A stretch of DNA of 64,000 nt from an uncultured Planctomycetales bacterium (GCA_964648665.1 CAZYOA010000001.1:48128-112127), one strand, 5' to 3'; positions 54,392 through 64,000 are shown, counted from the stretch's first letter. The notes: generated from the sequence alone by a model not told the origin. A program made the numbers and translations.

Positions 54392-54412
54392 TAAAGGTGA
54401 AAAAGGAGCAAG

Positions 54413-55399
54413 GTGAGTAAAAAAAGAATTTTTAGTGGAATGAGGCCGACTGGAAAGCTTCATCTTGGACATCTTGTTGGTGCTCTTCATAACTGGACAA
54501 ATCTTCAAAAAGAATATAAATGTATTTTTGGTATTGTTGATTGGCATGCGTTGATGGGTGAATACGAGAATAGCCACGTAATTAAAGAAAATATTTTGGA
54601 TATGGCTATTGATTGGTTGTCTTGCGGAATTGATCCGGATGAATCAACTATTTTTGTTCAATCAGATGTTCCTGAACATCTTGAGTTGTATATGTTTTTT
54701 TCATGCTTAACGCCGCTTGGTTGGCTTGAGCGAAATCCAACATACAAAGAACAGCTTCGGGAAATTAAAACCCGAGATTTGCATACTTATGGATTTTTAG
54801 GTTATCCTGTTTTGCAAGCTGCTGACATTTTACTTTATAAAGCTCAAGCTGTTCCGATTGGGGAAGATCAACTTCCGCATATTGAGTTAACCCGCGAAAT
54901 TTCTCGTCGATTTAATCATATCTATAAAGCAAAAGTTTTTGAAGATTGCAAGGCAATCTTAACTAAGACTCCACGCTTGCTTGGTCTTGATGGACGTAAA
55001 ATGAGTAAAAGTTATAATAATGCAATTAATCTTTCTGATTCAAAAGAAGTCATTGAAAAGAAAGTTATGACTATGATTACAGACTCAAGCCGAATTAAAT
55101 TAACTGATCCAGGCCATCCAGATATTTGCAACGTGTTTAGTTATTATTCTGTTTTTGCTCCAGAGAAAAAAGATGAAGTTTGCGCGTGGTGCACAAAGGC
55201 TGAAAAAGGATGCACAGATTGCAAGCGAGGTCTTTCTTCTGAAATTTTAAAAGTGCTAAAGCCGATTCAGGAAAAAAGAAGTGAGCTTGTAAAAGATAAA
55301 GAAAAGGTTTTAGATATCTTGAAACAAGGAGCTATAGAAGCACGCGCGATTGCAAAAGAAACAATGGCAGAAATAAATGATAAGGTGTTTAAGAAATAA
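54413..55399 (+). CDS. trpS: Tryptophanyl-tRNA synthetase
   Basis: HLGH and KMSKS class I motifs. GTG start. Cys cluster C239...C257..C260......C267..C270. Confidence 0.9.
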   Translation: MSKKRIFSGMRPTGKLHLGHLVGALHNWTNLQKEYKCIFGIVDWHALMGEYENSHVIKENILDMAIDWLSCGIDPDESTIFVQSDVPEHLELYMFFSCLTPLGWLERNPTYKEQLREIKTRDLHTYGFLGYPVLQAADILLYKAQAVPIGEDQLPHIELTREISRRFNHIYKAKVFEDCKAILTKTPRLLGLDGRKMSKSYNNAINLSDSKEVIEKKVMTMITDSSRIKLTDPGHPDICNVFSYYSVFAPEKKDEVCAWCTKAEKGCTDCKRGLSSEILKVLKPIQEKRSELVKDKEKVLDILKQGAIEARAIAKETMAEINDKVFKK

Positions 55400-56304
55400 T
55401 GAGTTATCGTATAAAACTTGAAGTTTTTGAAGGTCCACTAGATCTCTTGCTTTATTTAATCAAAAGAGACGAGCTAAATATTTATGATATTCCGATTGCG
55501 AAAATTACGGATCAATATTTGCAATATTTGGATATGATGCAGCTTTTGGATTTGGATACTGTTGGTGATTTTCTTGTGATGGCGGCAACATTAATGCAAA
55601 TAAAATCTAAAATGCTTCTTCCTCCAGATCCAGTAGAAGTGGAGCAAGAGCAAGAAGATCCTCGAGATGAGCTTGTACGTCGATTATTGGAGTATAAAAA
55701 GTTTAAGGAAGCCGCCGAAACGTTGCACAAAAAAGCACTTGTTCGCCAAGATTTCTTTTCAAGAAATATTGATGAAGAAAAGGTTAAGGAATTAAAAGAC
55801 GACGCAACTGAGGTTTATTTTGAGGCTAATTTGTTTGATTTAATTTCAGCATTTTCAAATGCACTGAAAAATATCCCAAAAGATGTTTTTTATGAAGTTA
55901 TGAAAGAGGAGTATACGGTTGAGCAGAAGATTCATGATATTTTACACATCTTTTTAGATAAAACAAAAATTTTGCTTAATGAATTATTTGGTAAAGCAAG
56001 AAGTAAGGATGAAGTCATTGTAACATTCATGGCGATTTTAGAGCTTATTCGATTAAGAGAAGTCGTGGCAATGCAGCAAGGTGCTTTTGGCGAAATTGAA
56101 GTTATGCGTAATCGTGAGAATCTAGAGCCGAGTGAAAAGCATTATGAGGAGCAAGATGCGCCTGAGTCCTTTGATGAAGAGAATCAGGAAGTTTTCGCTG
56201 AAGACCAGGAAGCTTCTACTGAAGACCAGGAAGTTTTTGTTAAAAAACAAGAAGCTTCTATTGAAAATCAAGAAACCATTATCGAAGATCAAAATATTTC
56301 ATGA
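55399..56304 (+). CDS. scpA: Segregation and condensation protein A (kleisin) with an acidic repeat tail
   Basis: FEGPLDLLL.LI....L.I.DI.I..IT.QY start typical of ScpA. Confidence 0.85.
   Translation: MSYRIKLEVFEGPLDLLLYLIKRDELNIYDIPIAKITDQYLQYLDMMQLLDLDTVGDFLVMAATLMQIKSKMLLPPDPVEVEQEQEDPRDELVRRLLEYKKFKEAAETLHKKALVRQDFFSRNIDEEKVKELKDDATEVYFEANLFDLISAFSNALKNIPKDVFYEVMKEEYTVEQKIHDILHIFLDKTKILLNELFGKARSKDEVIVTFMAILELIRLREVVAMQQGAFGEIEVMRNRENLEPSEKHYEEQDAPESFDEENQEVFAEDQEASTEDQEVFVKKQEASIENQETIIEDQNIS
56179..56298 (+). repeat. Degenerate 21-nt (7-aa) tandem repeats encoding the ScpA tail
   Basis: ENQEVFA-EDQEAST-EDQEVFV-KKQEASI-ENQETII-EDQ, read directly from the sequence. Confidence 0.7.
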
Positions 56305-57335
56305 CAGACGAGAGAAGAAAATTAGTTTTTAATAGCGAAACTGAAGAAGATGCCGTTGTTAGTTTATCTTTGCGTCCTTCGAAGCTTGAGGATTTTGTTG
56401 GCCAAAAAGATTTAGTCGAAAGTCTTCGAGTTTCAATTCAAGCTGCAACGCAAAGAGGTGAGCCTATTGAGCATATGCTTTTTTCTGGTCCACCTGGACT
56501 AGGGAAAACGTCACTTTCGTATATCATTTCTCATGAGATGAGCTCTCGTATCACCGTTACATCAGGTCCTGCTATTGATCGTCCTGGTGATTTTATTGGT
56601 ATTCTTACAAATCTTGAAAAAGGTGACATTCTTTTTATTGATGAAATTCATAGGCTTTCAAAGTCTGTTGAAGAGTTTTTGTACCCTGCCATGGAAAATT
56701 TTCAAATTGATTTTATTGTTGATAAAGGTCCTTATGCGAAAACAATTAAGTTTAATTTAAAACCGTTCACCTTGATTGGTGCAACAACGCGTAGTGGTCT
56801 TTTGGCATCTCCTTTGCGTGATCGATTTGGCATATTTCATCATTTAGATTTCTATAGAAATGAGGATTTAGCTCAAATTATCACTAATTCATCAAAAAAG
56901 CTTAATTTAAAGATTGCTTCAGAGGCTGCTTTGGAAATTGCAAGACGATCCAGGGGAACTCCACGTATTGCAAATCGATTGCTTAGAAGAGTTCGAGATT
57001 ATACGCAAGTCAAAACAGATTTAAGCGAGATCACATGTGATGTTGTTGTAAAGGCAATGGAAACGCTTGGCATCGATACACAAGGTCTTGATGGTAAAGA
57101 TCGAAAACTTCTTAATGTTATTTTAAAATATTATAATGGGGGTCCTGCTGGTGTAGATGCGATTGCAGCTACGCTTAATGAAGAAGTCGATACCATTGTT
57201 GATGTTGTCGAACCTTTTTTGCTTAAAAAAGGGTTTTTAAAACGAACTCAAAGAGGTCGTGAACTTACGGATAAAGCTCGAGATCATTTAAAGTCTTGCC
57301 CTTCAGAACAAAACGATCAAAAACAACTCTTTTAA
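56301..57335 (+). CDS. ruvB: Holliday junction branch migration ATPase RuvB
   Basis: LRP..L..F.GQ start. Walker A GPPGLGKTS. Walker B IDEIHR. RGTPRIANRLLRRVRD. Confidence 0.95.
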   Translation: MTDERRKLVFNSETEEDAVVSLSLRPSKLEDFVGQKDLVESLRVSIQAATQRGEPIEHMLFSGPPGLGKTSLSYIISHEMSSRITVTSGPAIDRPGDFIGILTNLEKGDILFIDEIHRLSKSVEEFLYPAMENFQIDFIVDKGPYAKTIKFNLKPFTLIGATTRSGLLASPLRDRFGIFHHLDFYRNEDLAQIITNSSKKLNLKIASEAALEIARRSRGTPRIANRLLRRVRDYTQVKTDLSEITCDVVVKAMETLGIDTQGLDGKDRKLLNVILKYYNGGPAGVDAIAATLNEEVDTIVDVVEPFLLKKGFLKRTQRGRELTDKARDHLKSCPSEQNDQKQLF

Positions 57336-57343
57336 TTTCTCAA

Positions 57344-58501
57344 ATGTTAAAAAAAATCTTTATATTCTTTATTGTAATATGTTTTTGTGCTGGATGTACC
57401 AGCTCAAGTCAATTGATTTTAGATGGTTTAACGGAAAATCAGATTGTTCGTGTTTCTGTTTTAGATAAGGCAAAAGAATTTTCATTAAAGGTTCGTGGAT
57501 CTTTTTACATTAAAGATTTTCTAGCGGATACGACTTTAAAAGAGGAAAGAAATCTTAAAACTTCTAAAGTTTTTATAAATAATGATGGAATTCAAGTTGG
57601 TCTTTTTTATTGCAATTCAAAACATCTAAGAGTGACACCTTTTTTTGATTCAAGCATTTATGTTAACGGAATGCGTTTGAGAGGACAGCTTGATGTTTTG
57701 GTTGATGAAGAAGGCCTGTTAACAGTTATTAATATTATTAGGCTTGAAAAGTATATTAAGGGTGTTTTATATCGAGAAATTTCTGATCGTTGGCCGATAG
57801 AGGCGATTAAGGCGCAGGCTGTTGCTGCGCGAACATATGCTGTTTATATTAAAGAGAGAAATAAAAAACAATCATATGATTTAAGAAGTGATATTTATTC
57901 GCAGGTTTATGGAGGAAGAGATGCAGAGAGATATCGAACTAATCTTGGTGTTGATCGAACAAAAGGCTTAATCCTTCAGTACAAAGGTGCCGTGTTGCCA
58001 GCTTATTATCATGCGACTTGTGGTGGACGAACAGAAAGTGCGCAGGAGTTATGGAATCACGATATTGTTCCTTTGAGAGGTGTGAAATGTGATTTTTGTA
58101 GGAAATCGCCTCATTATTTCTGGAAAAAGAATATTCAACTTAAAACGATTCAAGATAAGCTTAATGAAAAAGGTTATGGTTTGTGGCTTATTAATGAAAT
58201 TCGTATTCTTGAGAGAAACAATAGTGGACGTATTAAAATTTTAGAAATCAAGACAAGAGACAATAAGAAAATAGAAATATCGGGAAAAGATTTTCGTAAT
58301 ATTGTTGGACCTAATTTGATTAAGAGTAATAATTATACGATTAAAATGCGTGGATATTATGCTGATTTCTTTGGTAAAGGATGGGGGCATGGCGTTGGCT
58401 TGTGTCAGTGGGGTGCGAATTATATGGCTCGTAATTTTTATCGTTTTGATGAAATTTTAAATTATTATTATCCTGGGTCAGATATTGTTAGGTATAAATA
58501 G
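57344..58501 (+). CDS. SpoIID/LytB domain protein (peptidoglycan-remodelling family)
   Basis: LE.Y..GV...E......EA.KAQAVAARTYA and Y.A.CGG.TE motifs. Start moved to the ATG at 57344 (signal or lipobox-like FCAGC). Confidence 0.8.
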   Translation: MLKKIFIFFIVICFCAGCTSSSQLILDGLTENQIVRVSVLDKAKEFSLKVRGSFYIKDFLADTTLKEERNLKTSKVFINNDGIQVGLFYCNSKHLRVTPFFDSSIYVNGMRLRGQLDVLVDEEGLLTVINIIRLEKYIKGVLYREISDRWPIEAIKAQAVAARTYAVYIKERNKKQSYDLRSDIYSQVYGGRDAERYRTNLGVDRTKGLILQYKGAVLPAYYHATCGGRTESAQELWNHDIVPLRGVKCDFCRKSPHYFWKKNIQLKTIQDKLNEKGYGLWLINEIRILERNNSGRIKILEIKTRDNKKIEISGKDFRNIVGPNLIKSNNYTIKMRGYYADFFGKGWGHGVGLCQWGANYMARNFYRFDEILNYYYPGSDIVRYK

Positions 58502-58503
58502 TT

Positions 58504-59514
58504 ATGCAATTGAGTGATTTCGATTATGATCTCCCTGAAGACTTAATCGCGCAGTATCCTCTTAAGAAAAGAGATCATGCACGACTTCTTGTTCTCAACC
58601 GCAAGACTAAAGAAATCAAGCATGATTATTTTTATAATTTAAATAATTATTTGCCTCAAGAAAGTACACTTGTTTTAAATGATAGTAAGGTTGTTCCTGC
58701 TCGAGTTTTTGGTAAAAAAGAATTTGGAGGCAGAGAAGTTGAGATTTTTCTTCTCAAGGAATTATCTGACGGTTATAGTTATGAAGCTTTGATACGCCCA
58801 CTTCGTAAAATCAAAGACGGAGAAAAGATTTTCTTTGAGGGTACGACGCTATATGCAACTCTTTCTGATCGAAAGAAAATGATTGTTTGTTTTAATCGAA
58901 AAGATGTAAGGCGACAATTTAGCAAGATTGGACATATTCCACTTCCGCCGTATATTAAGCGTTCGGATGAGAAGTCAGATCGAAAAGATTATCAAACGGT
59001 TTATGCTAAGAAGCAAGGTTCGGTGGCTGCTCCAACGGCAGGATTGCATTTTACAAAATCGTTTTTAGGTCAGCTAGAAAAAAATGGTCATTTGTTTAAG
59101 AAAGTTACTTTGCATGTTAACTATGGTACGTTTCGTCCTGTCGAGGAAGATGATATTGTTTCACACAAAATGCACAAAGAAGATTTTTTTGTAAGTCGAG
59201 CAACGTGGGATTCAATTTTAAAGTTAAAAAGTCAAGGTCGAAAAGTTGTTGCTGTGGGTACGACGAGTTGTCGCGTTTTAGAAACGATTGCAAAAACAAA
59301 AGATATTGAAGGAGCATCAGATTTATTTGTTTATCCAGGTTTTAAATTTAAAGTTGTTGATGCCTTGATAACTAATTTCCATCTCCCTAAAAGCACTCTT
59401 TTGATGTTAGTTTCTGGATTTGCAACTCGTGATTTAATTATGAAAGCGTATCGTCAGGCGATAAAAGAAAAGTATCGATTTTATAGTTATGGTGATTGTA
59501 TGTTAATTCTTTAA
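58504..59514 (+). CDS. queA: S-adenosylmethionine:tRNA ribosyltransferase-isomerase
   Basis: LSDFDY.LPE.LIAQ.P start. PLPPYI, APTAGLHFT and VGTTS.R.LE motifs. Confidence 0.95.
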   Translation: MQLSDFDYDLPEDLIAQYPLKKRDHARLLVLNRKTKEIKHDYFYNLNNYLPQESTLVLNDSKVVPARVFGKKEFGGREVEIFLLKELSDGYSYEALIRPLRKIKDGEKIFFEGTTLYATLSDRKKMIVCFNRKDVRRQFSKIGHIPLPPYIKRSDEKSDRKDYQTVYAKKQGSVAAPTAGLHFTKSFLGQLEKNGHLFKKVTLHVNYGTFRPVEEDDIVSHKMHKEDFFVSRATWDSILKLKSQGRKVVAVGTTSCRVLETIAKTKDIEGASDLFVYPGFKFKVVDALITNFHLPKSTLLMLVSGFATRDLIMKAYRQAIKEKYRFYSYGDCMLIL

Positions 59515-59522
59515 GGAAAATT

Positions 59523-60641
59523 ATGTTTACAATATTAAATCAAGATCAGAATACAAAGGCGCGAAGAGCAACGCTTAAAACATCGCATGGAGAAATTCAG
59601 ACGCCATTTTTCATGCCCGTTGGAACGAGTGCAACTGTTAAGTCTTTGTCTAGTGAAGATTTGAAAGAGATTAATTCTCAGATTGTTTTATCGAATACGT
59701 ATCATTTATTTTTGCGTCCAGGCATGGATATTATAAAGAATGCAGGAGGGCTTCATGGGTTTATGAATTGGAATAAACCTATTTTGACTGATAGTGGTGG
59801 ATATCAAGTTTTTAGTCTTTCGCAATTCCGAAAGATCACTGATGATGGTGTAAAATTTCAATCTCATCTAGATGGATCAACTCATTTTTTAAGACCGGAA
59901 GATATTGTTTCGATTCAAGGTATTTTAGGTTCAGATATCATGATGCCGTTAGATGAGTGTGCTCCTTATCCTTGCGGGGAGAGACAAGCTAAAGAAGCTT
60001 TAGATCGCACGACTCTTTGGGCACGGCGCTCGAGAGAATTCTTTTTATCAAGTCCTTTGAAAGAAAAGCATTTTTTGTTTGGTATTGTTCAAGGTTCGAA
60101 TTACAAAGACTTAAGAGAGCAATCGGCTAAAGAAATTGTTGATATTGGATTTGATGGGTATGCTATTGGCGGTGTTAGTGTTGGTGAGCCGATTGAGTTT
60201 ATGTTTCATGCAATAAGTCAGGTTGAGCCATTTTTGCCTGAAGATAAGCCTAGATATGTCATGGGCATCGGTACTCCTGATCAAATCGTTAAGGCTGTTG
60301 GAAAAGGAATCGATATGTTTGATACATGCATTCCTACGCGGTATGGACGCAATGGATCAGCGTTTACCTCAAGGGGTCGGCTTGTTGTTCGAAATGCTGA
60401 ATTTGCAAGTGATCTTCGTCCTCTAGATGATCAGTGTGATTGTTTTGTTTGTCGAAATCATTCGCGAAGCTATATTCGTCATTTGTATAATGCTAATGAA
60501 ATCACAGGGCTTCATTTAATTTCCTATCATAATGTTTATTTCTATATAAAGTTAATGGAGCGTATTCGAAAAGCGATTGAACAAAATATTTATGATCAAT
60601 TTCAAAAGGAGTTTTTGGCATGTTACGGTTCGACATTATAA
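59523..60641 (+). CDS. tgt: Queuine tRNA-ribosyltransferase
   Basis: TPFFMPVGT, LTDSGG.Q, GGVSVGE and zinc motif C.C..C...SR.Y..HL. Start moved to the ATG at 59523. Confidence 0.95.
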   Translation: MFTILNQDQNTKARRATLKTSHGEIQTPFFMPVGTSATVKSLSSEDLKEINSQIVLSNTYHLFLRPGMDIIKNAGGLHGFMNWNKPILTDSGGYQVFSLSQFRKITDDGVKFQSHLDGSTHFLRPEDIVSIQGILGSDIMMPLDECAPYPCGERQAKEALDRTTLWARRSREFFLSSPLKEKHFLFGIVQGSNYKDLREQSAKEIVDIGFDGYAIGGVSVGEPIEFMFHAISQVEPFLPEDKPRYVMGIGTPDQIVKAVGKGIDMFDTCIPTRYGRNGSAFTSRGRLVVRNAEFASDLRPLDDQCDCFVCRNHSRSYIRHLYNANEITGLHLISYHNVYFYIKLMERIRKAIEQNIYDQFQKEFLACYGSTL

Positions 60642-61294
60642 CAATTTTTCCAAAGAATTTTGATGCTGTTATCAACGATTCAATCTTAAAGCGAGCTCAA
60701 GATAAGAAAAAGGTTAAGATTGTTGTTCATGATTTGCGTGACTATACTTTAGATAAACATAAAAAAGTTGATGATCGGCCTTTTGGTGGTGGGCCAGGAA
60801 TGGTTTTGCAGTCAGAGCCGATTTTTAGAGCTGTTAAGAAAATAAAAGGTAGGCGAAAAGTTAAGGTTTTATTGACAACGCCATCGGGAAAGACGTTTGT
60901 TCAAAAGAAGGCAAAAAGCCTTTCGAAAGAAAAGAATATTATTATTATTTGCGGGCACTATGAGGGTATTGATGAGCGCGTGCGAAAATGTTTAGTTGAT
61001 GAATGTCTTTCGATTGGTGATTATGTTTTAACTGGTGGCGAAATTCCTGCGATGGTGTTGGTTGATAGTGTTACTAGGCTGATTCCTGGCGTTCTTGGTA
61101 AAGCTGAATCTCTTTGTGATGAGTCGTTTGAGAATGATTTGCTAGAATATCCGCATTATACAAGACCTGCAAATTTTAATGGCATGAACGTTCCAAATGT
61201 GCTATTATCTGGAAATCATCAAGACATAAAAGAGTGGCGAAAACAACAGGCTGTTACAAGAACAAAGAAATATCGCCCAGATTTGTTAAAATAA
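60620..61294 (+). CDS. trmD: tRNA (guanine37-N1)-methyltransferase
   Basis: F.IIT.FP start. [22 protein letters not shown] and GDYVLTGGE motifs. Confidence 0.95.
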   Translation: MLRFDIITIFPKNFDAVINDSILKRAQDKKKVKIVVHDLRDYTLDKHKKVDDRPFGGGPGMVLQSEPIFRAVKKIKGRRKVKVLLTTPSGKTFVQKKAKSLSKEKNIIIICGHYEGIDERVRKCLVDECLSIGDYVLTGGEIPAMVLVDSVTRLIPGVLGKAESLCDESFENDLLEYPHYTRPANFNGMNVPNVLLSGNHQDIKEWRKQQAVTRTKKYRPDLLK

Positions 61295-61316
61295 AGCTGT
61301 TTTAAAGGGGGTTCAC

Positions 61317-61670
61317 ATGATTAAAGACATTGGAAAAACACTTACAAATGTTGAGGGTAAATACAAAAAAGATTTACCAGAATTTGCTGTTGGTGATACG
61401 GTTAAAATGATGATTAAAGTTGAAGAAGGAGATAAGGTTCGTCGTCATCCTTTTGAGGGTACTGTTATTCGAAAAACAGGCCGAGGAGTTAAAGGAACTT
61501 TTACTTTACGAAAGATTTCTTTTGGTGAAGGCGTAGAGAGGACATTTCCTTTAAGCTCACCGCTTATTGAAAGTCTAAATGTTTTACAAAAAGGCATTAT
61601 TAAGCGAGCAAAGCTTTATTATCTAAGGGGACGCGTTGGAAAAGCGGCTCGTGTTAAGAAGGCAAAATAA
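61317..61670 (+). CDS. rplS: 50S ribosomal protein L19
   Basis: F..GD.V........EG.K.R...FEG.VI.....G....FT.RK motif. Follows trmD as is usual. Confidence 0.95.
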   Translation: MIKDIGKTLTNVEGKYKKDLPEFAVGDTVKMMIKVEEGDKVRRHPFEGTVIRKTGRGVKGTFTLRKISFGEGVERTFPLSSPLIESLNVLQKGIIKRAKLYYLRGRVGKAARVKKAK

Positions 61671-61703
61671 TTCTTGTTTATCAACTCTTGATCCTATCCG
61701 TTC

Positions 61704-62327
61704 ATGCTGTCCTACGAACATGAAGCAAAAAAACAAGGTTTTGAATCAATCATTGGCATTGATGAGGCAGGGCGTGGCCCTTTAGCTGGTCCTGTCGTTG
61801 CCAGCGCTGTTTTGCTCAAAACTTATGATTTCGATTCAAAGATTAAAGATTCAAAAAAAATGACGGCTCGTCAGCGCCAGATTGCCTATAGTGAAATTTT
61901 AAATAAAGCTTATGTGGGTATAGGATTAAGCGATGCAAAGCTGATTGATCACATCAACATCTTACAAGCAACTTTTCACGCTATGACATTAGCTGTTGAA
62001 GATCTTATTAAAAAGCTAGATGACAAGAGAGATCTTTCCGATCAAGCTAAAGAAAAAATGTGTCTTTTGATTGATGGAAACATGTTTAAGAGTCACCTTC
62101 CGATTAAATATCAAACTATTGTTAAGGGTGATTCGTTAAGTCTTTCGATTGCTTGCGCATCTATTATGGCTAAAGTGACAAGAGATAGCATGATGGAAAA
62201 GTATGACGAAATGTTTCCAGAGTATGATCTCAAGTCTCACAAAGGATATCCAACGGTTGCACATAAAGAAAAGATTAAGGAATTTGGCCTTTCTCCGATA
62301 CATCGAAAAACATTTAAATATTGGTAA
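61704..62327 (+). CDS. rnhB: Ribonuclease HII
   Basis: GIDEAGRGPLAGPVV start. DSK motif. ASI.AKV.RD motif. Confidence 0.9.
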   Translation: MLSYEHEAKKQGFESIIGIDEAGRGPLAGPVVASAVLLKTYDFDSKIKDSKKMTARQRQIAYSEILNKAYVGIGLSDAKLIDHINILQATFHAMTLAVEDLIKKLDDKRDLSDQAKEKMCLLIDGNMFKSHLPIKYQTIVKGDSLSLSIACASIMAKVTRDSMMEKYDEMFPEYDLKSHKGYPTVAHKEKIKEFGLSPIHRKTFKYW

Positions 62328-62330
62328 GAA

Positions 62331-62714
62331 ATGAATATTAGGCGTAATCAGATTGGTAAAGAGGGTGAAGACCTAGCTCAAGAATTTCTAATTCAAGAAA
62401 ATTATAAGATCTTGGAAAGAAATTATCGTAACCTCTTAGGAGAGATTGATTTTATCGCCGAGCATAAAAGTGTCATTTGTTTTATTGAGGTCAAAACAAG
62501 AACCGATGATCAAAAGGGATCGCCTTTAGAGGCCGTGACACCAAGAAAGCAGAAGAAGATTTCACAGGTTGCATTAAGCTATTTGAAAGAGACAAATAGA
62601 ATTGATTCTCAGGCACGTTTTGATGTTGTTTCTATTTTGAAATTTTCTGATGAGAAGCCAGAAATTGAACTTGTTGAGGATGCTTTTGGTTTGTCAGAGC
62701 CATATTCTTATTAA
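62331..62714 (+). CDS. yraN: YraN family (UPF0102) endonuclease-like protein
   Basis: G..GE..A..FL...GY.IL.RN.R...GEID.IA......FIEVK.R pattern. Confidence 0.85.
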   Translation: MNIRRNQIGKEGEDLAQEFLIQENYKILERNYRNLLGEIDFIAEHKSVICFIEVKTRTDDQKGSPLEAVTPRKQKKISQVALSYLKETNRIDSQARFDVVSILKFSDEKPEIELVEDAFGLSEPYSY

Positions 62715-62744
62715 ATATTAATATTAATAAATAGTAGAAGACAA

Positions 62745-62776
62745 TTGAAAAATAGAAGAAATTGCGTTATTATAAT
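62745..62776 (+). promoter_or_regulatory. Putative promoter upstream of the cyclodeaminase-folD pair
   Basis: TTGAAA at 62745-62750. TATTAT at 62768-62773 gives a 17-nt spacer. TATAAT at 62771-62776 gives a 20-nt spacer. Confidence 0.4.
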
Positions 62777-62825
62777 CTCAATCATTTCGATTACTAAAAT
62801 TTACAGATAGTTGTAAACATCCAAC

Positions 62826-63311
62826 ATGACACAGTATAAAACATATTCAATATCGAAATATCTTGATTGTCTTTCGTCTAAAGATCCTGCTCCGGGCGGA
62901 GGTTCAGCAGCTGCATTAGTTTCTGCAACAGGCACAAGTCTTGTTTCAATGGTTGCGCAGTATTCTGTAGGACGTAAGCAGTCTAAAGCTGTTGAGGCAA
63001 AAATTAAAAAGATTTTAAAGGAAAGCGATAAAATTCGAAAGCGTCTTTTAATTCTAATTGATTTAGATGCTCAAGCGTATTTAGAAGTTGTTAAGGCTCG
63101 AAAAAAAACACTTGCTCAGCAAGAGAAGGCTAAGAAAAAAGCTTGTGATGTTCCAATGGAAATTTGTCGTTTATCTTATGCCGCAATTCAGCTAACACCA
63201 TTTTTGGTTGAGAAGGGTAATCCTTATTTGTTGAGTGATGTTAAATGTGCGATTGAGATGTTGCTTGCTGGTTTCCAGTCGGCGATTGCCAATATTGAAG
63301 CAAATCAGTAA
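62826..63311 (+). CDS. Cyclodeaminase/cyclohydrolase family protein (FtcD C-domain / methenyl-THF cyclohydrolase-like)
   Basis: S..PAPGGGSAAAL..A.G..L..MV start typical of the family. All-helical, 161 aa. Adjacent to folD. Confidence 0.75.
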   Translation: MTQYKTYSISKYLDCLSSKDPAPGGGSAAALVSATGTSLVSMVAQYSVGRKQSKAVEAKIKKILKESDKIRKRLLILIDLDAQAYLEVVKARKKTLAQQEKAKKKACDVPMEICRLSYAAIQLTPFLVEKGNPYLLSDVKCAIEMLLAGFQSAIANIEANQ

Positions 63312-63327
63312 TTATAAAAGAGGTTTT

Positions 63328-64000
63328 ATGAGTGCTCAGTTATTAGATGGAAAAATTCTTGCAAAGAAGCTAAAGGAGTCTCTTCGTTTAGAGATTGCTG
63401 ACTTGAAATCTGAAACAGGCAAGGTTCCGGTTGTTGTTAATATTATGATCAGCGATGATCATGCAGCATGCGCTTATGCGAAGTCACAGCAAAAAGTTGC
63501 TGAATTTGTTGGAATTGATTATCGACTTGATATTTTAAAAAAGAGCATTACTCAGGATGACCTTTCAGAGCATATTGAACAATTAAATGAAAATCCTGAA
63601 GTTAATGGAATTATGGTGCATAAACCAGTGCCAGAGCAAATTAACCATCAGGTTGCTTCAAATTGTATTGATATGATCAAAGATTTAGAAGGTGTTAATA
63701 TTGGAAATATCGGAAAAATGTTGCTTGGCCAGACAAATATTATTCCATGCACACCTGCAGCAGTCATGGAGCATATTAAGTCAACAGGGGTTGATCTGAA
63801 GGGAAAAGAAGTCGTTGTTGTGGGCCATAGTGAGATTGTTGGAAAACCGTTGAGTCTTTTATTGCTTCAAGAAATGGCGACTGTAACAGTTTGTCATGTT
63901 GCTACAAGTCAGGCAGGAAAACTTGTTGATCATATTGCACGGGCTGATGTTTTGATTGTAGCTGTTGGAAAGGCAAGCTTGATTAAAGGCGAATGGATTA
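63328..64000 (+). CDS. folD: Bifunctional methylene-THF dehydrogenase / methenyl-THF cyclohydrolase (partial, runs off the window)
   Basis: I translated from the ATG at 63328: MSAQLLDGKILAKKLKE...AAC.AYAKSQQK. Further on, PCTP.AVMEHI and VVVGHSEIVGKPL. The frame stays open to the window end. Confidence 0.85.
   Translation, partial: MSAQLLDGKILAKKLKESLRLEIADLKSETGKVPVVVNIMISDDHAACAYAKSQQKVAEFVGIDYRLDILKKSITQDDLSEHIEQLNENPEVNGIMVHKPVPEQINHQVASNCIDMIKDLEGVNIGNIGKMLLGQTNIIPCTPAAVMEHIKSTGVDLKGKEVVVVGHSEIVGKPLSLLLLQEMATVTVCHVATSQAGKLVDHIARADVLIVAVGKASLIKGEWI

Overview
AT-rich bacterial chromosomal segment from a diderm organism. It carries complete Kdo, heptose, late lipid A and Lpt genes. I cannot place the lineage from sequence alone; an uncultivated small-genome lineage is a guess. 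All roughly 55 supported genes lie on the + strand, with short or overlapping junctions. I found no rRNA, tRNA, CRISPR array, transposase or phage gene.

Layout:
- 56-856: prepilin peptidase (pilD).
- 980-15397: three tandem exported paralogs of about 1,500 aa each.
- 15.5-20 kb: aroK-dprA-topA-xerC.
- 20-37.8 kb: LPS block (waaA, lpxK, an LpxL-ELM1 fusion, a GT4-GT9 fusion, GT4, three GT9 genes, hldA, kdsBADC, lptC/A-like, lptB). A small PilZ / cupin / Spy-like islet interrupts it.
- 37.8-64 kb: housekeeping genes (tig, clpP, purA, uppS-cdsA-dxr-rseP, an orphan cpaF-like ATPase, proS, rimP-nusA-infB, trpS, scpA, ruvB, spoIID-like, queA, tgt, trmD, rplS, rnhB, yraN, a cyclodeaminase-family gene, partial folD).

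The stand-out is the giant-gene triad. All three proteins have a signal peptide, a shared N-terminal module of about 300 aa and a shared C-terminal module of about 60 aa; I recognise neither module. Their cores of about 1,100 aa are unrelated to each other:
- Paralog 1 carries a pyruvate phosphate dikinase-like ATP-grasp plus phosphohistidine module and lacks the PEP/pyruvate barrel.
- Paralog 2 carries an array of divergent repeats of about 110-140 aa.
- Paralog 3 carries a multi-helix membrane block followed by an enolase that appears circularly permuted (barrel before cap domain).

Decayed copies of the pilD 3' end sit in both inter-paralog spacers, which indicates in-situ tandem duplication. 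All domain calls are hand alignments against remembered family motifs and need HMM and structure confirmation.
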